DNA of 64,000 bases from the NCBI GenBank assembly GCA_951406725.2, contig OX597828.1, positions 27,528,001 to 27,592,000 of the forward strand, read 5' to 3'. The DNA comes from Octopus vulgaris (taxonomy: Eukaryota). This document shows positions 12,999 through 26,513 of the stretch, one piece after another (positions within the stretch are counted from its first letter, which is position 1; every line of letters begins with the position of its first letter). A model generated the notes under the pieces. It ran no database searches. It saw only the letters and a list, made by a program, of their open reading frames with translations, and was not told the DNA's origin. The translations under genes were made by a program, and so were the position numbers.

Positions 12999-13497
12999 TT
13001 GAAATGGATGGAGACCATGTTTGATATTTTTGCTTTGTAAAATATGTTGTCTAGAAATGTACCAACCGTATGCATGTACCAACTGGGGTTGGTATGAATT
13101 GCATTATGCAATAGAAATTTAAACAAGGGTTCTGAAGTCATCAAGTGACTGGGGTACACCAAAACCCAAGAAGTATAATGGGCAGAGATGACAATGATAA
13201 CAGGAGTTTTAACCTGGGTTAAATAGGATTTGGAGGGATTTATTAAAATTTTGAACTCCTCTCTTATCAAGCTTAGCATTTGGAACACAACTTCACAAAT
13301 GGTCCGCACATAAAATATTAACGGGATATCTAAATTTATAAATAAATACTTTAAAACAAACAGTTTTGTGTCATCAAACTGAGGGAAGTTTTAAGCGAAT
13401 TTGTTTCAAAAAGGTTAAATGATAAAATACAAATGAACTGAGAGAAAAGAAAAAAAAAGATTGTGTTTGTGACTGTACATGAATGTGCCTGTTTGTT

Positions 13498-13533
<36 letters not shown>

Positions 13534-14022
13534 TATGTTCTAATATCACAGTGTAGCTATGTTTTAAAGATGCAAAGAATTAGAAATGTAAAAGACAGTT
13601 TGGCTGGCATCATGAATAAATGGTAAAGAATTACTTTATGAAAGAGTATCAGAGGAGTGAGAGAAGGAAATGGATGGACACAGAGAACAAAGAATAATGG
13701 TAGTAATAAGAAACCTGAAAAAAGAAATGCAATGCAGATAGGAACAAAGAGGGGAAAAAAAAGACACTAGCAGAAAGGAGAGAGGGATGTGAATGACAAC
13801 AACTAAAAAAAAAAAAAATAAAATAAAACAAACAAAAATATACGAATAATTTGTTCATGGCTAAGTCTAGACAAAATGGTCAGAGATAACTTCAAAGATG
13901 GTTGCTGATGTCATTGCTTCAACAAAAATGAAGGGATGCAAGTATGTTGAAACACCTGCCATAGGCTCAGGAAATGCAAAATTAATACTGGAATGTAGAA
14001 CTGTCATGGAAGTAGAAACTTC

Positions 14023-14064
<42 letters not shown>

Positions 14065-14155
14065 TAAAATAATAAATGAAAAATGCAAAAAAATTCTTGG
14101 TCATCTCCAAAAATCCTACCGTGTGTTAACATCGTTTGATGCTTAGATATTCACT

Positions 14156-14201
<46 letters not shown>

Positions 14202-14467
14202 TCAGTGAAACTATTGTATATATGTCTTATACACATCTGAGGAAAAGAGGGGAAGCAAAAAAAAATGGCAACTGCATGTGTTTAGTTAAGCCTCTCTAAA
14301 ACACTACCATATTTTATCTATTGCACAGATTTATATATTTGCTTTAACATACAGCAACAACAATATGTATGATACAGGATTTAAATCTTACTCTACTAGT
14401 TTAGAGGCATGACAAGCATTAGCATATGGAAATTTTCACATTTCTTTTATACACATTTGCTCATTGA

Positions 14468-14560
<93 letters not shown>

Positions 14561-14670
14561 GATAGATAGATGTATCCATACATAATATATACTATATATA
14601 AGTGTATCAATCTATACACACACTGTCTTGAGATCAAAAGAATATGGCTTGTACCAAAAAAAATGAAAGA

Positions 14671-14705
<35 letters not shown>

Positions 14706-14707
14706 CC

Positions 14708-14750
<43 letters not shown>

Positions 14751-15611
14751 TATTATTATTTTTATTATTATTGTTATTGATTTATTTATTTATTTTTGTC
14801 TTAGCAATGTCTTTGAAATGGTTTCATTGTATACATCTAAATTTTAGAGAGATGACTCTAGGAAAAATCCAACATATTTCCTGATAAAAGAACATCAAAA
14901 AGCAAAAAAAAAAATAATCATAAAACACACAAGCATCCTTATTTGATCCAATCTGTTCTTCACAGTGGCACCATTTATTGAGTTCAATCCTTTTACTATC
15001 TCTTTTGCTTGTTTCCTTTGACAAGGAAAAAGATTCTAGAATTATTCTTCCTCTTTTTTTCTTTTTTATCTGTTTCATTAAATCACAACCGATTCCTTGA
15101 ATTCTGTTATTGTTATGAGAATCTGATTTTATTATAATACTTCTCAGAAATATTACCTGTAAATTCAGGAAGCTTTGTTTTTATTTTTGTAGGGTGGTTG
15201 GTTGAACTGCATTCTGCTGCAAATGAAGATAAAGATGTTTTGCATTTTACAGAACAGATTAGAAATGTTTAGTTTTTCTCTTGTATATCAGTTTGTCTTT
15301 AAGCAGTCAAGAGAAGAATCATTACATTTTTTTTGGTTTTGTTTTTGTTGATTCAAATTAGACTTTTGTTTCTATGTCAGTCAGTATTATGAAGAATGGA
15401 ATTTACTTGATGAATTTTATGTTTGTTGATTGAATAGTTGACTAATAAACCAGTTCCTGGCACCAAGAATGATTTTATTTAAAATGATGGTTTATTTTGA
15501 TTTGCTACAAAATATTAGTGTTTGTTTTGGTATTGGAACTGATTCCTGTTTTACTATTTGTTTACAGTAAGCTTGTTGTCATCATCATCATCATCATCAT
15601 CATTATATATA

Positions 15612-15825
15612 AGGTGGCAAGCTGGCAGAATTGTTAGCATGTTGGACAAAATGCTTGGTGGCGTTTTGTGCATCTTTACATTCTGAGTTCAGATTTTACT
15701 GAGGTCAGCTTTGCCTTTCATTCTTTTGGGGATTGATCAATAAAATAAATACCAGTTGAGTATTAGATCGATGTATTTGAGTAGCCCACCTGCCAAACTT
15801 TAGGCCTTGTCCCTACAGTAGAAAA
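15612..15825 (+). mobile_element. Degraded SINE family B
   Basis: GGCAAGCTGGCAGAATTGTTAGC...CTTTGCCTTTCATTCTTTTGGGG. Confidence 0.75.
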
Positions 15826-15856
15826 TATTATTGATATTATTATTATTATTATTTTT

Positions 15857-15941
15857 AAAGACAAAGTGCAATTCGATTGTAAGATATTTTATTGAACGCG
15901 TTCAATAAAATATCTTACAATTAAATCGCACTCTTCGTCTT
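15857..15941. repeat. Loop-less palindrome (46-bp perfect core, 15876-15921)
   Basis: ATTGTAAGATATTTTATTGAACG|CGTTCAATAAAATATCTTACAAT, extending imperfectly; flanked by (TTA)n. Confidence 0.9.
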
Positions 15942-16024
15942 AACTGTTTACCTTTGTGAAGAGTTACGTCAATCCTATTTTAAAATATTATTATTATCAT
16001 TATCATTATTATTATTATTATCAT

Positions 16025-16850
16025 CTCTTCATCACAGGTTTTGTTGGAGTTCCTGGAGTCTTGCACGTGTAGCAGTCTTGCTACCTGCAGCCTACAGTAC
16101 CATACTATCTGTTCTTCTCAGCTATCTAATACTTTCCTGATTATTCTGGCCCTGCCAAGGAGTCAAACCTTTTGTAACAGTTCTACTGGGCACTGTACTC
16201 CAACTTCCTTTATATTCCTCTTGATGCCTTCTGATTCTGTTCCCAAGGACCCAACAATAATTGGCACTATCTTCACCTTCTTTATTTTCCATTGCCAAGC
16301 TATTCCATACTTAAGAGGGTTGTATTTATTTATATTTTCGCCTTCCTGCTTGACTATTTGGGATCAAAGGGGCATGCAACATCAATTATATTTCATATGT
16401 GGTGCACCTTGTCCACCACCACAAGGTCCAGTCTGTTATGCTCTAGCACTTGATCTGTTTGGATGAGGAAATCCCAGCTGATTTTGCTAGTCTCTGACTC
16501 CGCCATTCTCTGCATATTGTTCTCATGTCACATTTTGCCTCTCTCTAGCCTCCACTTTCCACAGTTTCCAATGAAGCACTTTCACTACCTGGTCGTGTTG
16601 CTACACCTTGTAGTGGTTCGGGGCAAGGCTAGGGCACTCGTTCATGATATGGACAATGGTTTCCTCATACTCACTCGCAGACACAGTGGAGACACTTGCT
16701 CATTCCTAAGGTTGACCCTCCAGTTTGTGGTCAAAGCTTGGTCTTATGCTGCCAGTATAGTACTCTCAATCTCGTTTTTTAGGGTTTTTTTCATCAGCCA
16801 AACCTACCTACTTTTTCCAGCAACTTCTGTTGTGGCTACATGAAATTGAT
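16025..16850 (-). mobile_element. 3' remnant of a non-LTR retrotransposon with restriction-like endonuclease (R4/Dong-like)
   Basis: Minus-strand translation KISWDFLIQTDQVLEHNRLDLVVVDK...KVKIVPIIVGSLG...LLQKV.LLGRARIIRKVL with frameshifts and stops; flanked on both sides by (TAA)n-type repeats. Confidence 0.8.
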
Positions 16851-17222
16851 TAATTATTATTAATATTATTATTATTATTATTATTGAGTGAGAGAGCAAT
16901 GCATGCCATCAAAGCGACACTGGGATAAAATATACGAAACCCAGTATACCCATCATGACTACCCGTCTGATAAGGGTACACTAGGCACATGCATGGTGTT
17001 CTTTTTCTGATCAAATACACAGACGGATTGCAAGATCTAGAATTCAGTATTTTTTTGTAATTTCATTCAAATTTTCACTTTGCAAATATGCTGTTCCAGG
17101 ATTAATTCCACTGCATGGTACATTTTGGTAAATATCTTCTTCCCCAGCTTTGGGGTGGTCAAAGTTTTATTTTGAGGAATTTGGTTAATGGGTAAAATAG
17201 AAACAGCATGAAAAATTGTTGG

Positions 17223-17259
<37 letters not shown>

Positions 17260-17334
17260 CATACACACACATACACATTTCTGTGTAATGTAATCTGGTC
17301 ATATATATGTGTGTGTGTGAATTTTTGTGTTTGC

Positions 17335-17369
<35 letters not shown>

Positions 17370-17769
17370 CAACTTGACAATAGGTGTTGGTTTTATTCTT
17401 TTATTCTTTTCAGTCCATAGGCTGTGGCCATGACTTTGTCCTTATAACTTAACAGTTTTCCAAAAGCAGATCAATCAAATAAGTACCAGGCTTAGAAAAA
17501 AATTAAGCAGTGGGGTCGATTTCTTCAACACAATCCTTCAAGGCAGGTGCTTCAGCATGGCCACAGTCTGACTGGAACAAGTTAAAGACGGAATGAAAGG
17601 AAAACAAAGAAAGACTTCAGTCAATGTAATTAGCTGTGTAGTTGAAAACCCTGTGGTTTGGGATTGAATCCTATCATGTGACAGCTTGAGCAAGTATCTG
17701 GCACTATAGCTTCAGGCTGACCAATGCCTTGTGAGTGAATCTGGTAGATAGAAACTCATATATATATAT

Positions 17770-18031
17770 ATTAGAAGGTTTGGAGGTGATGCACAGGTAT
17801 TATGTATTAGAAGAAATAAGGTACTCAGAAATCTTGATGGTTTTACAATTACAGATTTTTATTAATATATCACATGTTTTTATAAATCATATATTAGTGC
17901 TTGCCTCTACTCTGGAGATTCTACTAGAGTAGATGCAAGCACTAATACATGATTTATAAACACATGTGACATATTAATAAAAATCTGTAAATGTAAAACC
18001 ATCCAAATTTCTGAGTACCTTATTTCTTCTA

Positions 18032-18035
<4 letters not shown>
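17770..18035. mobile_element. Fold-back element between (TA)n tracts (about 108-bp arms, about 12-nt loop)
   Basis: 17805-17913 is the reverse complement of 17926-18035 with scattered mismatches. Confidence 0.9.
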
Positions 18036-18063
<28 letters not shown>

Positions 18064-18128
18064 ATGTATATATATGTGTGTGTGTATATATATGTGTATG
18101 TGTTTGTGTGTATATATGTATGTTTGTA

Positions 18129-18190
<62 letters not shown>

Positions 18191-18273
18191 CATATATGTA
18201 TGTGTATCTATATGTATGTATGTATATATATATATCCTTAAAATCCTTAAAAATGTTTTAGCCCGAAGGCATA

Positions 18274-18321
<48 letters not shown>

Positions 18322-18362
18322 ATGTATACATATATATGTATATAAATGTGTATATATATATG

Positions 18363-18450
<88 letters not shown>

Positions 18451-19644
18451 AGATACTAACCTGCTCCCCTGACTTAGTTTATCAATGTAAATATTTGTGT
18501 CAAGACAAGTTTACGTTTTGTTAAATACTTGAATTTTATTTATTCTTTTATTAGGTTTCCATGAGAAAAATAGATTTCAAATTAAATGTGGAATTATTTT
18601 TTTTCTCTTTTCTTTTTTTTTTATCATCTCATAATTATTAATTTAGAGAATTTAATCAGATTTCTTGGGAAGGATCGGTAAAAACAAACAAGCAAGCAAG
18701 AATAGAACCAGATCATTTAGTACTAAGGTTACTAGGCCTCTATGAATAAACATAATTTTTTTAAATGATTTGCAGTTTGCTTAATGCTGATGATATCGAA
18801 ATGGTTGTTTAATTTATTCCAGATATGCTTCCATTTTTATCAATGGAAATCTGTATTTTGATAGATAAATATATTAGTATTTCATTAGTGTTAAATTTAC
18901 ATAATTACTTTGAATTAATTACCCATGATTATGTTAAATTCCCATTTACTAATGAATTTCTTATCTCACAAACTAAAACATCTGACAGAATCCTATGGGG
19001 TTCACTGACCTTTGTTTTCATGAAGACCAACAAGTTGCCTTGACTGCTGTTCCATAAGTCACACAGGTACAATGTAATCAGGTATATTAGTCAACCCATC
19101 CTGGACATCTGGACACACTGGGCTACTGCTGTCTCATCTAAGATAGCACTGGTATACATACTGACATCCCAGACTTCGCAGACATGCTGTCTCCTCTGTC
19201 TGTCTTTTGTACTGTACTACAATGGCCTATGTTCCTCTGGTCACTCTTGTTCCACATGCACTCAAGCACTCGCTACTCACTTATCCTTTATCTATGCTGC
19301 ACCAATATTGTCTACTACTCCTGAGTGTCTCAGTAATCATTACAACCCAGCCACCCTCCCATTGGATATCAACTACATCTAGAACACTCCAGCCACCCCA
19401 TCTTCCCAAGTAAGATTTTGTGACAGCTGTTGTGTTACTTAGTCAATCACATCCTGCATTGTCTATGAAGGCTTTGGGCACAGTAAATAAGAAAGGCTTT
19501 TATACAACTGCTGGATCTGAAAGAAATAGCAGCCACATCTTCCTCACATTAGACTCTACTGTCTTTAAAAAGCAGCATATTCAATGATGCATTCTTTCAT
19601 AAACTGTCTAAATAAATTAAAAAGGCAACATATATATATATATA

Positions 19645-19942
19645 TATAAACTTAGATATGTTTCGACCTATTGTTGGTCCAGGCCATGTCTAACTTAATA
19701 GCACCACCTGATAGGATTATTTGAATCTTGTTTAAGTCAAGTTTTGTTTATGGTCCATTCAAGTAGTGAGTTTTTGTTGGGTGAGTTGTGTCCAATTATG
19801 GGTGGCATATCTGGTATTCCTTGAAGGAATCTATCCAGACTCCATTTAAAGATGATGGGATCCTGTTCCTCTTTGATCTCTTTTGGGACAATGTTAAATG
19901 GGGCAGGGCCTGTTGAGGAAAAGAAATTATGTTGTAGTGTAC
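19645..19942 (-). mobile_element. CR1/L2-group LINE 3' end
   Basis: TLQHNFFSSTGPAPFNIVPKEIK...FKWSLDRFLQGIPDMP...NSLLEW*, a typical ORF2 C-terminus, then a short 3' UTR. Confidence 0.75.
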
Positions 19943-19965
19943 ATATATATATATATATATATATG

Positions 19966-20018
<53 letters not shown>

Positions 20019-20019
20019 G

Positions 20020-20093
<74 letters not shown>

Positions 20094-20483
20094 GATGTAA
20101 GTGTGAATATGATGTCTTTCTTCATCTTCGAAACCTCTTAGCTGTAACATATGCAAAAATGTATATACTAAAACCTTTTACTATACAAAAGACACAAAAT
20201 AATATGTGATCCCTTTTTTTTTTTCCCTCTCTCCTTTTCACATGTGTTATATATGTCAAACTTACCTTATGAGTATCTACACTAATACATTTTCAGTTAA
20301 ACTATAAAACGAAAACATTTATTATGTGAAAATGTATGTTTATACTTTCATTTTGAAACATACAAATGCATTGAATAATTTTATTTTATCCTTATGTTAA
20401 AACGTTAAGCTTGTTTTAATTAAAGAAAAAATATATGTATATAAAAAATTTATGTATTTTCAACCTTTTTCTCCGTATTTTTC

Positions 20484-20521
<38 letters not shown>

Positions 20522-20543
20522 AATATATATATATATATATATA

Positions 20544-20590
<47 letters not shown>

Positions 20591-20924
20591 CTATATATAT
20601 CATCATCATCGTTTAACGTCTGTTCTCCATGCTAGCATGGGTATGTGTGTGTTTGAATACATGTATGTGCATGCATATATAGATATGTGATTAATACAGT
20701 ATTATATTTAACTCCAAATGTGGCCAAATTGTTAGCAGATGTTTTATATTTAATTGATCTGCCTGAAGGGAGAACAGGTAAATAATCATCTATAAAAAAA
20801 TGAGAATGCATAACTCAGATTTTTTTGTTGAAAATATCCAGTCAGTCAAGTCGGAGTGATTACATAAATTGTGGCTATTAGCTTCCAATTTGATTGCTTT
20901 TGAAGAACTCAGTGATTTCTGATT

Positions 20925-21505
20925 GAATGACATGGTGTTAGCGTTCTATTCACCACCGATATTTCTATGACCATTGTCAGGTGCATTTTATTCCTAATTA
21001 GGCAACATTTCCCAAGCACACAAAAATATCACAAGCTTTTTGATATAAATAATGTTAGGGTTGGTTTCACTTGCCAAGACAACAGTGCATGTTACATAAG
21101 GAAAACATGCACGTGTGCTTGCATCACCCCCCCCCAGGCACCCACTTGCAACTGCTAAAATAAATCCACTTGTTCACTGACATGTTCTGCTTTTCCTAAT
21201 AGGATCTTGAGGAAATGCATGAGACTTAAAACCAATGTCGTTATGAAAATATTCTCCCCACACATATGTTATTTCAGGTCATGCAACAGAAATCTTCACC
21301 ACTTTGTCCTGTTTTAACTGCAGGTTTCCCCTTGTAACTTAGAACATTCCGCAACACTCATTACATATTTTGCTGAGAGTAACTATCATCTAGGAATCTA
21401 TGAGAAACTGCCTTCATTGCAACAGCCTGCTGCATTCCTTAACAAGAGAGCATAACTTTCATATTGCTTTCACCAACAGAACTCTCTGTTTACTAACTTT
21501 AAGCC
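20925..21505 (+). mobile_element. Decayed Penelope-like ORF (RT-EN linker plus GIY-YIG C-terminus)
   Basis: LFLIRQHFPSTQKYHKLFDINNVRVGFTC, then TCNC*NKSTCSL (CxCx5C), ending FLNKR...YCFH. Confidence 0.65.
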
Positions 21506-21803
21506 AATTGTTAAAAATTATTTCATATAGTTTACTAAAACATTTAATAACAGTCAAAAGCTACTTCACTCTATATGTAATGGTAGAGTTGGTTCCTTTC
21601 ACTAGCAGTCTGTTCGTTGCTGTAACTGACATACAACTAGCCAAATTACCAGCTCCATCAGGAAGTATGAACTGCTTGTAAAAACGTACCTTACTTATCA
21701 ATTAATGGCAGTCAGCCTTATTTAAAAACCAGTGTTCTTCCATCATTTAAATGACGAGACAGGCATTTTGAATTAGTGAATCTGTTACAGATTTGATTCA
21801 AAT

Positions 21804-21839
<36 letters not shown>

Positions 21840-21842
21840 ATG

Positions 21843-21885
<43 letters not shown>

Positions 21886-21939
21886 ACACACAAACTTATA
21901 TTTTTGTGTGTCTATATATATATATGTCCATATATATGT

Positions 21940-22130
21940 CACCATGATAGATCGTTAGCCACTACACAGATTTTTTTCTCTCCTTGTTTTTTGTGTGTCC
22001 CTTTCTGTAGAAGAGCGTAGGCTCGAAACATAAAAGACTTTGGCTAATCCTGAGCGTTATACTAATACATCTGTTTGTTTTGTTCACCACCTGTCTTCAT
22101 CTTTTGTTTTTTTCATAAACTCTCCTTTTA
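21940..22130 (+). mobile_element. Short PLE-pLTR-like element (family H) with variant HHR at 22001-22036
   Basis: CTTT-CTGTAGA-A-GAGC-gtag-GCTC-GAAA-CA-TA-AAAG; copies at 27783, 28590, 30250 (-), 31432 (-). Confidence 0.75.
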
Positions 22131-22200
22131 TATGTCCATACATGCATATAGGTATATATATATAAGTTTTTGTGCATATATGTGTATGTCTGTGTGTGAG

Positions 22201-22238
<38 letters not shown>

Positions 22239-22414
22239 TGGATGTATATATGAATACATATATCTATATATGTATAAATATGCACATATAAAATACATAC
22301 ATATATATGTATGTGTGTGTATACATATATATGTATGCATGTAAGTCTGAGAAATATAGATTTCAGAAATAATAGAAAATTAGAAAAGAAAGAAGAAACA
22401 ATTTATGTACATAA

Positions 22415-22452
<38 letters not shown>

Positions 22453-23371
22453 TGGATTGCTCACATGGTTGTGAGCAATCCTGGTTTTTCTCTGAAGCTA
22501 CATTGAACATGCTTGCAGATAAAAATGGGAATTGTATCTTGAGAAAGAATAATATTTCACTGTTCATACATTTTCAAATATAACCTGATATGTTGAATAT
22601 ACTGCAGTATAATTCGTATTTAGAAGTGATTAAGATTCCTGAGAGGATTGATAAGCCTTGTTTTTGGTCTCATTATTTTGGTCTGGCGCTAAATACAGCA
22701 ATTCATCAGGGAACAGATAGAACTCTCTGAAAATTATGAAGCCTACACTTTGTCACTTTGGTCCATTCCGGAGCATCGTTCTGCCCTTTTGAATGGCATA
22801 GCAGATATTACAGAGGAAGGATACTAGTTTCATTGTGTACACACACACACACACCCATGTTTATACTACATTTTTCTTGTTTCTGTCACTGAATTGCAAA
22901 ATGCTGTAGCACTGCATTGAAAGATTTTAATCAAACAAATCAGCGCCAACACTTATTTTGTTTTCAAGTCCTGTACTTGTTCTACGAGTCTATTTTGCTG
23001 AGAAATACTAGTTTATGGGGATGTAAACAAACCAACCCCAGTTGTCTGATGGTGTTGAAGGACAAACGCAGATATAATCTCACACACACAAACACACATG
23101 CTTTCACACAGTTTCTGTCTACTAAATTCATTCATAAGGCATTAGTCAGCCTGAAACTATTGTAGAAGACACATGCCCAATGTTCTGCACAGTGGTATTG
23201 AACCTAAAATATTGTGGTTGAAAAGTGAGCTTCTTAACTTCTCAGCTATGCCTACATCTATGGTAACTAAATCAAATTATACTTATTCCTGTATTGCTAT
23301 GTTGTTTCCTGTTTTAGTAAATGAATAATTTCCTAAAATACTTTTTTCTATTGCTAATATTACTCAATACA

Positions 23372-23612
23372 TCATCATCATCATCATCGTTTAGCATCCG
23401 CTTTCCATGCTAGCATGGGTTGGACGGGTCAACTGGGGTCTGTGAAGCTGGAAGGCTTCGTCAGGCCCAGTCAGATCTGGCAGTGTTTCTACGGCTGGAT
23501 GCCCTTCCTAACGCCAACCACTCTGCGAGTGTAGTGGGTGTTTTTTACGTGCCACCTGCACAGGTGCCAGACAGAGCTGGCGAACGGCCACGAACGGATG
23601 GTGCTTTTACGT
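23372..23612 (-). mobile_element. RTE-tail repeat (family C)
   Basis: (CAT)n-CGTTTAGCATCCGCTTTCCATGCTAGCATGGGTTGGACG...GGATGCCCTTCCTAACGCCAACC; matches the 3' UTR of the RTE at 52838. Confidence 0.85.
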
Positions 23613-23820
23613 GTCAATACAATTGTCTTATTTTCCTCTGATCTATGATATTCAGTCCCTTAAATTTTTCGTAGGTCCCTCCTTTTCCTTCTTTGTAGTC
23701 CTTTACTCCTAGATTCCCCAGCCACTGGGCCATAGACCAGTATGCGGCCATGAATTCATTTCTTATGTCATTTCCGTTTCATCAATTATTACAGTCTGCA
23801 GGCTATTTTAGCATATATAT

Positions 23821-24219
23821 ACTCATTTACTCTTTTACTTCTTTCAGTCATTTGACTGCGGCCATGCTGGAGCACCGCCTTTTAGTCGAGCAAATCAACC
23901 CCAGGTCTTATTCTTTGTAAGCCTAGTACTTATTCTATTGGTTTCGTTTTGCCGAACCGCTAAGTTACGGAGACGTAGACACACCAGCATCAGTTGTCAA
24001 GCAATGCTAGGGGAACAAACACAGACACACATACATATATATATGTATACATATATACGACAGGCTTCTTTCAGTTTCCGACTGCCAAATTCACTCACAA
24101 AGCATTGGTCGGCCTGGGGATATAGCAGAAGACACTTGCCCAAGATGCCACACAGTGGGACTGAACCCGGAACCATGTGGTTGGTTAGCAAGCTACTTAC
24201 CACACAGCTACTCCTGCAC
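23821..24219 (-). mobile_element. Full-length SINE family A
   Basis: Reverse complement of 34711-35115. Confidence 0.92.
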
Positions 24220-24906
24220 CTTATTATTATATATATATATTATTATATATATATATGTATTATATATATATATAATAATTAAATTATATATTACATACTT
24301 TATTACATGTGATCCCTTGGTCTATAAGAAAATTGTTTTGCAGGAAACTGGTCTCATCATCATCATCGTTTAACGTCCGCTTTCCAAGCTAGCATGGGTT
24401 GGACGAATGACTGAGGGCTGGCGAACCAGATGGCTGCACCAGGCTTCAATCTTGATCTGGCAGAGTTTCTACAGCTGGATGCCCTTTCATAATGCTCTGT
24501 GGTGTAAAAACAGTTTTGGGGAGGGGAGACCATTGCTACAGTGGCCTCAATCCTTGTTTGGGATGAAATCATGCAAAAAAGAAATAGTAACATATTACAA
24601 CATCAATATATTTGCTGAAATCTGGCTGTGAACTGGCAGGCCCCTTAGCACACTGAGTAAAATACTTAGCAGTATTTCGTCTGTCTTATGTTCTGAGGTC
24701 AAATGCTACCAAGGTCAGTCTTTTGTTCATTTGGGGTCACTAGAATAGGTACCAGTTTTGCACTGGGGCTGATGTTAGCAATTTTCCCCCAAACTAGCTG
24801 GCCTTCTGTCAAATTTTTGTATTAATATATTTTTTTTCGAAATAAGTCATAATATATGTTAGACTTTCTCACTTTCTTTCATTATTATAAATGAATTTGA
24901 CAAAAT

Positions 24907-25138
24907 GGCGGCGAACTGGCAGCAACGTTAGCGCACCGGGCGAAATGCGTAGCCGTATTTCGTCTGCCGTTTACGTTCTGGGTTCAAATTCTGCCAAGGT
25001 CGACTTTGCCTTTCATCCTTTCGTGGTCGATAAATTAAGTACCAGTTACGCACTGGAGTCGATGTAATCAACTTAATCCGTCAGTCTGTCCTTGTTTGTC
25101 CCCTCTGTGTTTAGCCCCTTGTGGGTAGTAAAGAAATA
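24907..25138 (+). mobile_element. Full-length SINE family B
   Basis: GGCGGCGAACTGGCAGCAACGTTAGC...GGGTTCAAATTC (B box)...GTGGGTAGTAAAGAAATA. Confidence 0.92.
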
Positions 25139-25508
25139 TATTATAAATGAATTTTGAGAGAGAAACAGATTTTTCTTTCATCTAAGGTGAACTTTCCTTT
25201 CCACTCCAATATGTAGCATTTTAACATGATAGTCAACTAATTACCATTCCTTATACCCAACAGCATCACTTAAAAGAAGGAAAAAAAAAACCCCATCTAA
25301 ACTAAAATAAAATTCTATTTAGATGCAACAGTGCTTTTCAAATTTCCATTTTGTCAAATTCACATTTACTGCTGTTATCTGGGAAATCAACATTTAAATT
25401 GCTTGATCCATTTAAGAGATAATCTGTTCAACAAAAACTTTTTTGAATAGATTATCCTTTAAAATAAAAGTGAATTTACAAGCCTAGATTTTTTTTATAT
25501 GTTATGTC

Positions 25509-25545
<37 letters not shown>

Positions 25546-26073
25546 TTTTATGCAATTAGATCAAAGTATCTTAAAAGGATTTACTTCACACATGCTTGTG
25601 CGCCTGTGCATGCTCTACACATGCATATGCTGCACATGTTCATGGACACTTATCTACAATTACATAATCATACACAAACACACATGCCTGCACACACACA
25701 CACACACACAAATACACACACACGCGCACTCACACACACACTCACATACATAACTAAAAATTTTGTTTTGTTTAAGCTGTAAATCCTAATACATAGTTTA
25801 TTAAAAATTAGACCAGAGCTGTTGGACCAGAATATATTTAGTTAAAAACAGCATAAATTGGACATTACAAGATTGCAAAATTTAAAATGGATTTCACAGA
25901 AGTTATCTCCCTTACTATTAATTCTTTATATATATATATTTTTTTTTTTCATGATACTTTATTTGAATATTGATAAATCTCCAGTGATGGTATCACAGCT
26001 ACATTGTCACATCATGAGAAAACTTTGCACATGACTTGTATAATGGAGAAGTGCAAACTACATTATCTGACTA

Positions 26074-26447
26074 TACTCTTTACTCTCTTTTACTTGTTTC
26101 AGTCATTTGACTGCGGCCATGCTGGAGCACCGCCTTTAATCGAGCAACTCGACCCCGGGACTTATTCTTTGTTAGCCCAGTACTTATTCTATCGGCCTCT
26201 TTTGCCGAACTGCTAAGTAACGGGGACATAAACACACCAGCATCGGTTGTCAAGCAGTGCTAGGGGGACCAACACAGACACACAAACATACACACATATA
26301 TATATGCATATATACGACAGGCTTCTTTCAGTTTCCGTCTACCAAATCCACTCACAAGGCTTTGGTCGGCCCGAGGCTATAGTAGAAGACTTAGCCCGGA
26401 ACCATGTGGTTGGCAAACAAGCAACCTACCATACAGCCACTCCTGCA
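26074..26447 (-). mobile_element. SINE family A with an internal deletion of about 30 bp in the head
   Basis: Matches 51243-51668 but GAAGACTTAGCCCGGAACC skips the GCCCAAG...GAA segment. Confidence 0.9.
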
Positions 26448-26452
26448 ACTTA

Positions 26453-26509
<57 letters not shown>

Positions 26510-26513
<4 letters not shown>

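Noticed and set aside
18783-18812. CTGATGA-TATC-GAAA
   Set aside because: No stem I or stem III pairing
21620-21695. Possible decayed HHR downstream of the PLE remnant (CTGACA-TACAA...TTGTA-AAAACGTA)
   Set aside because: Several core positions are missing; too degenerate to support
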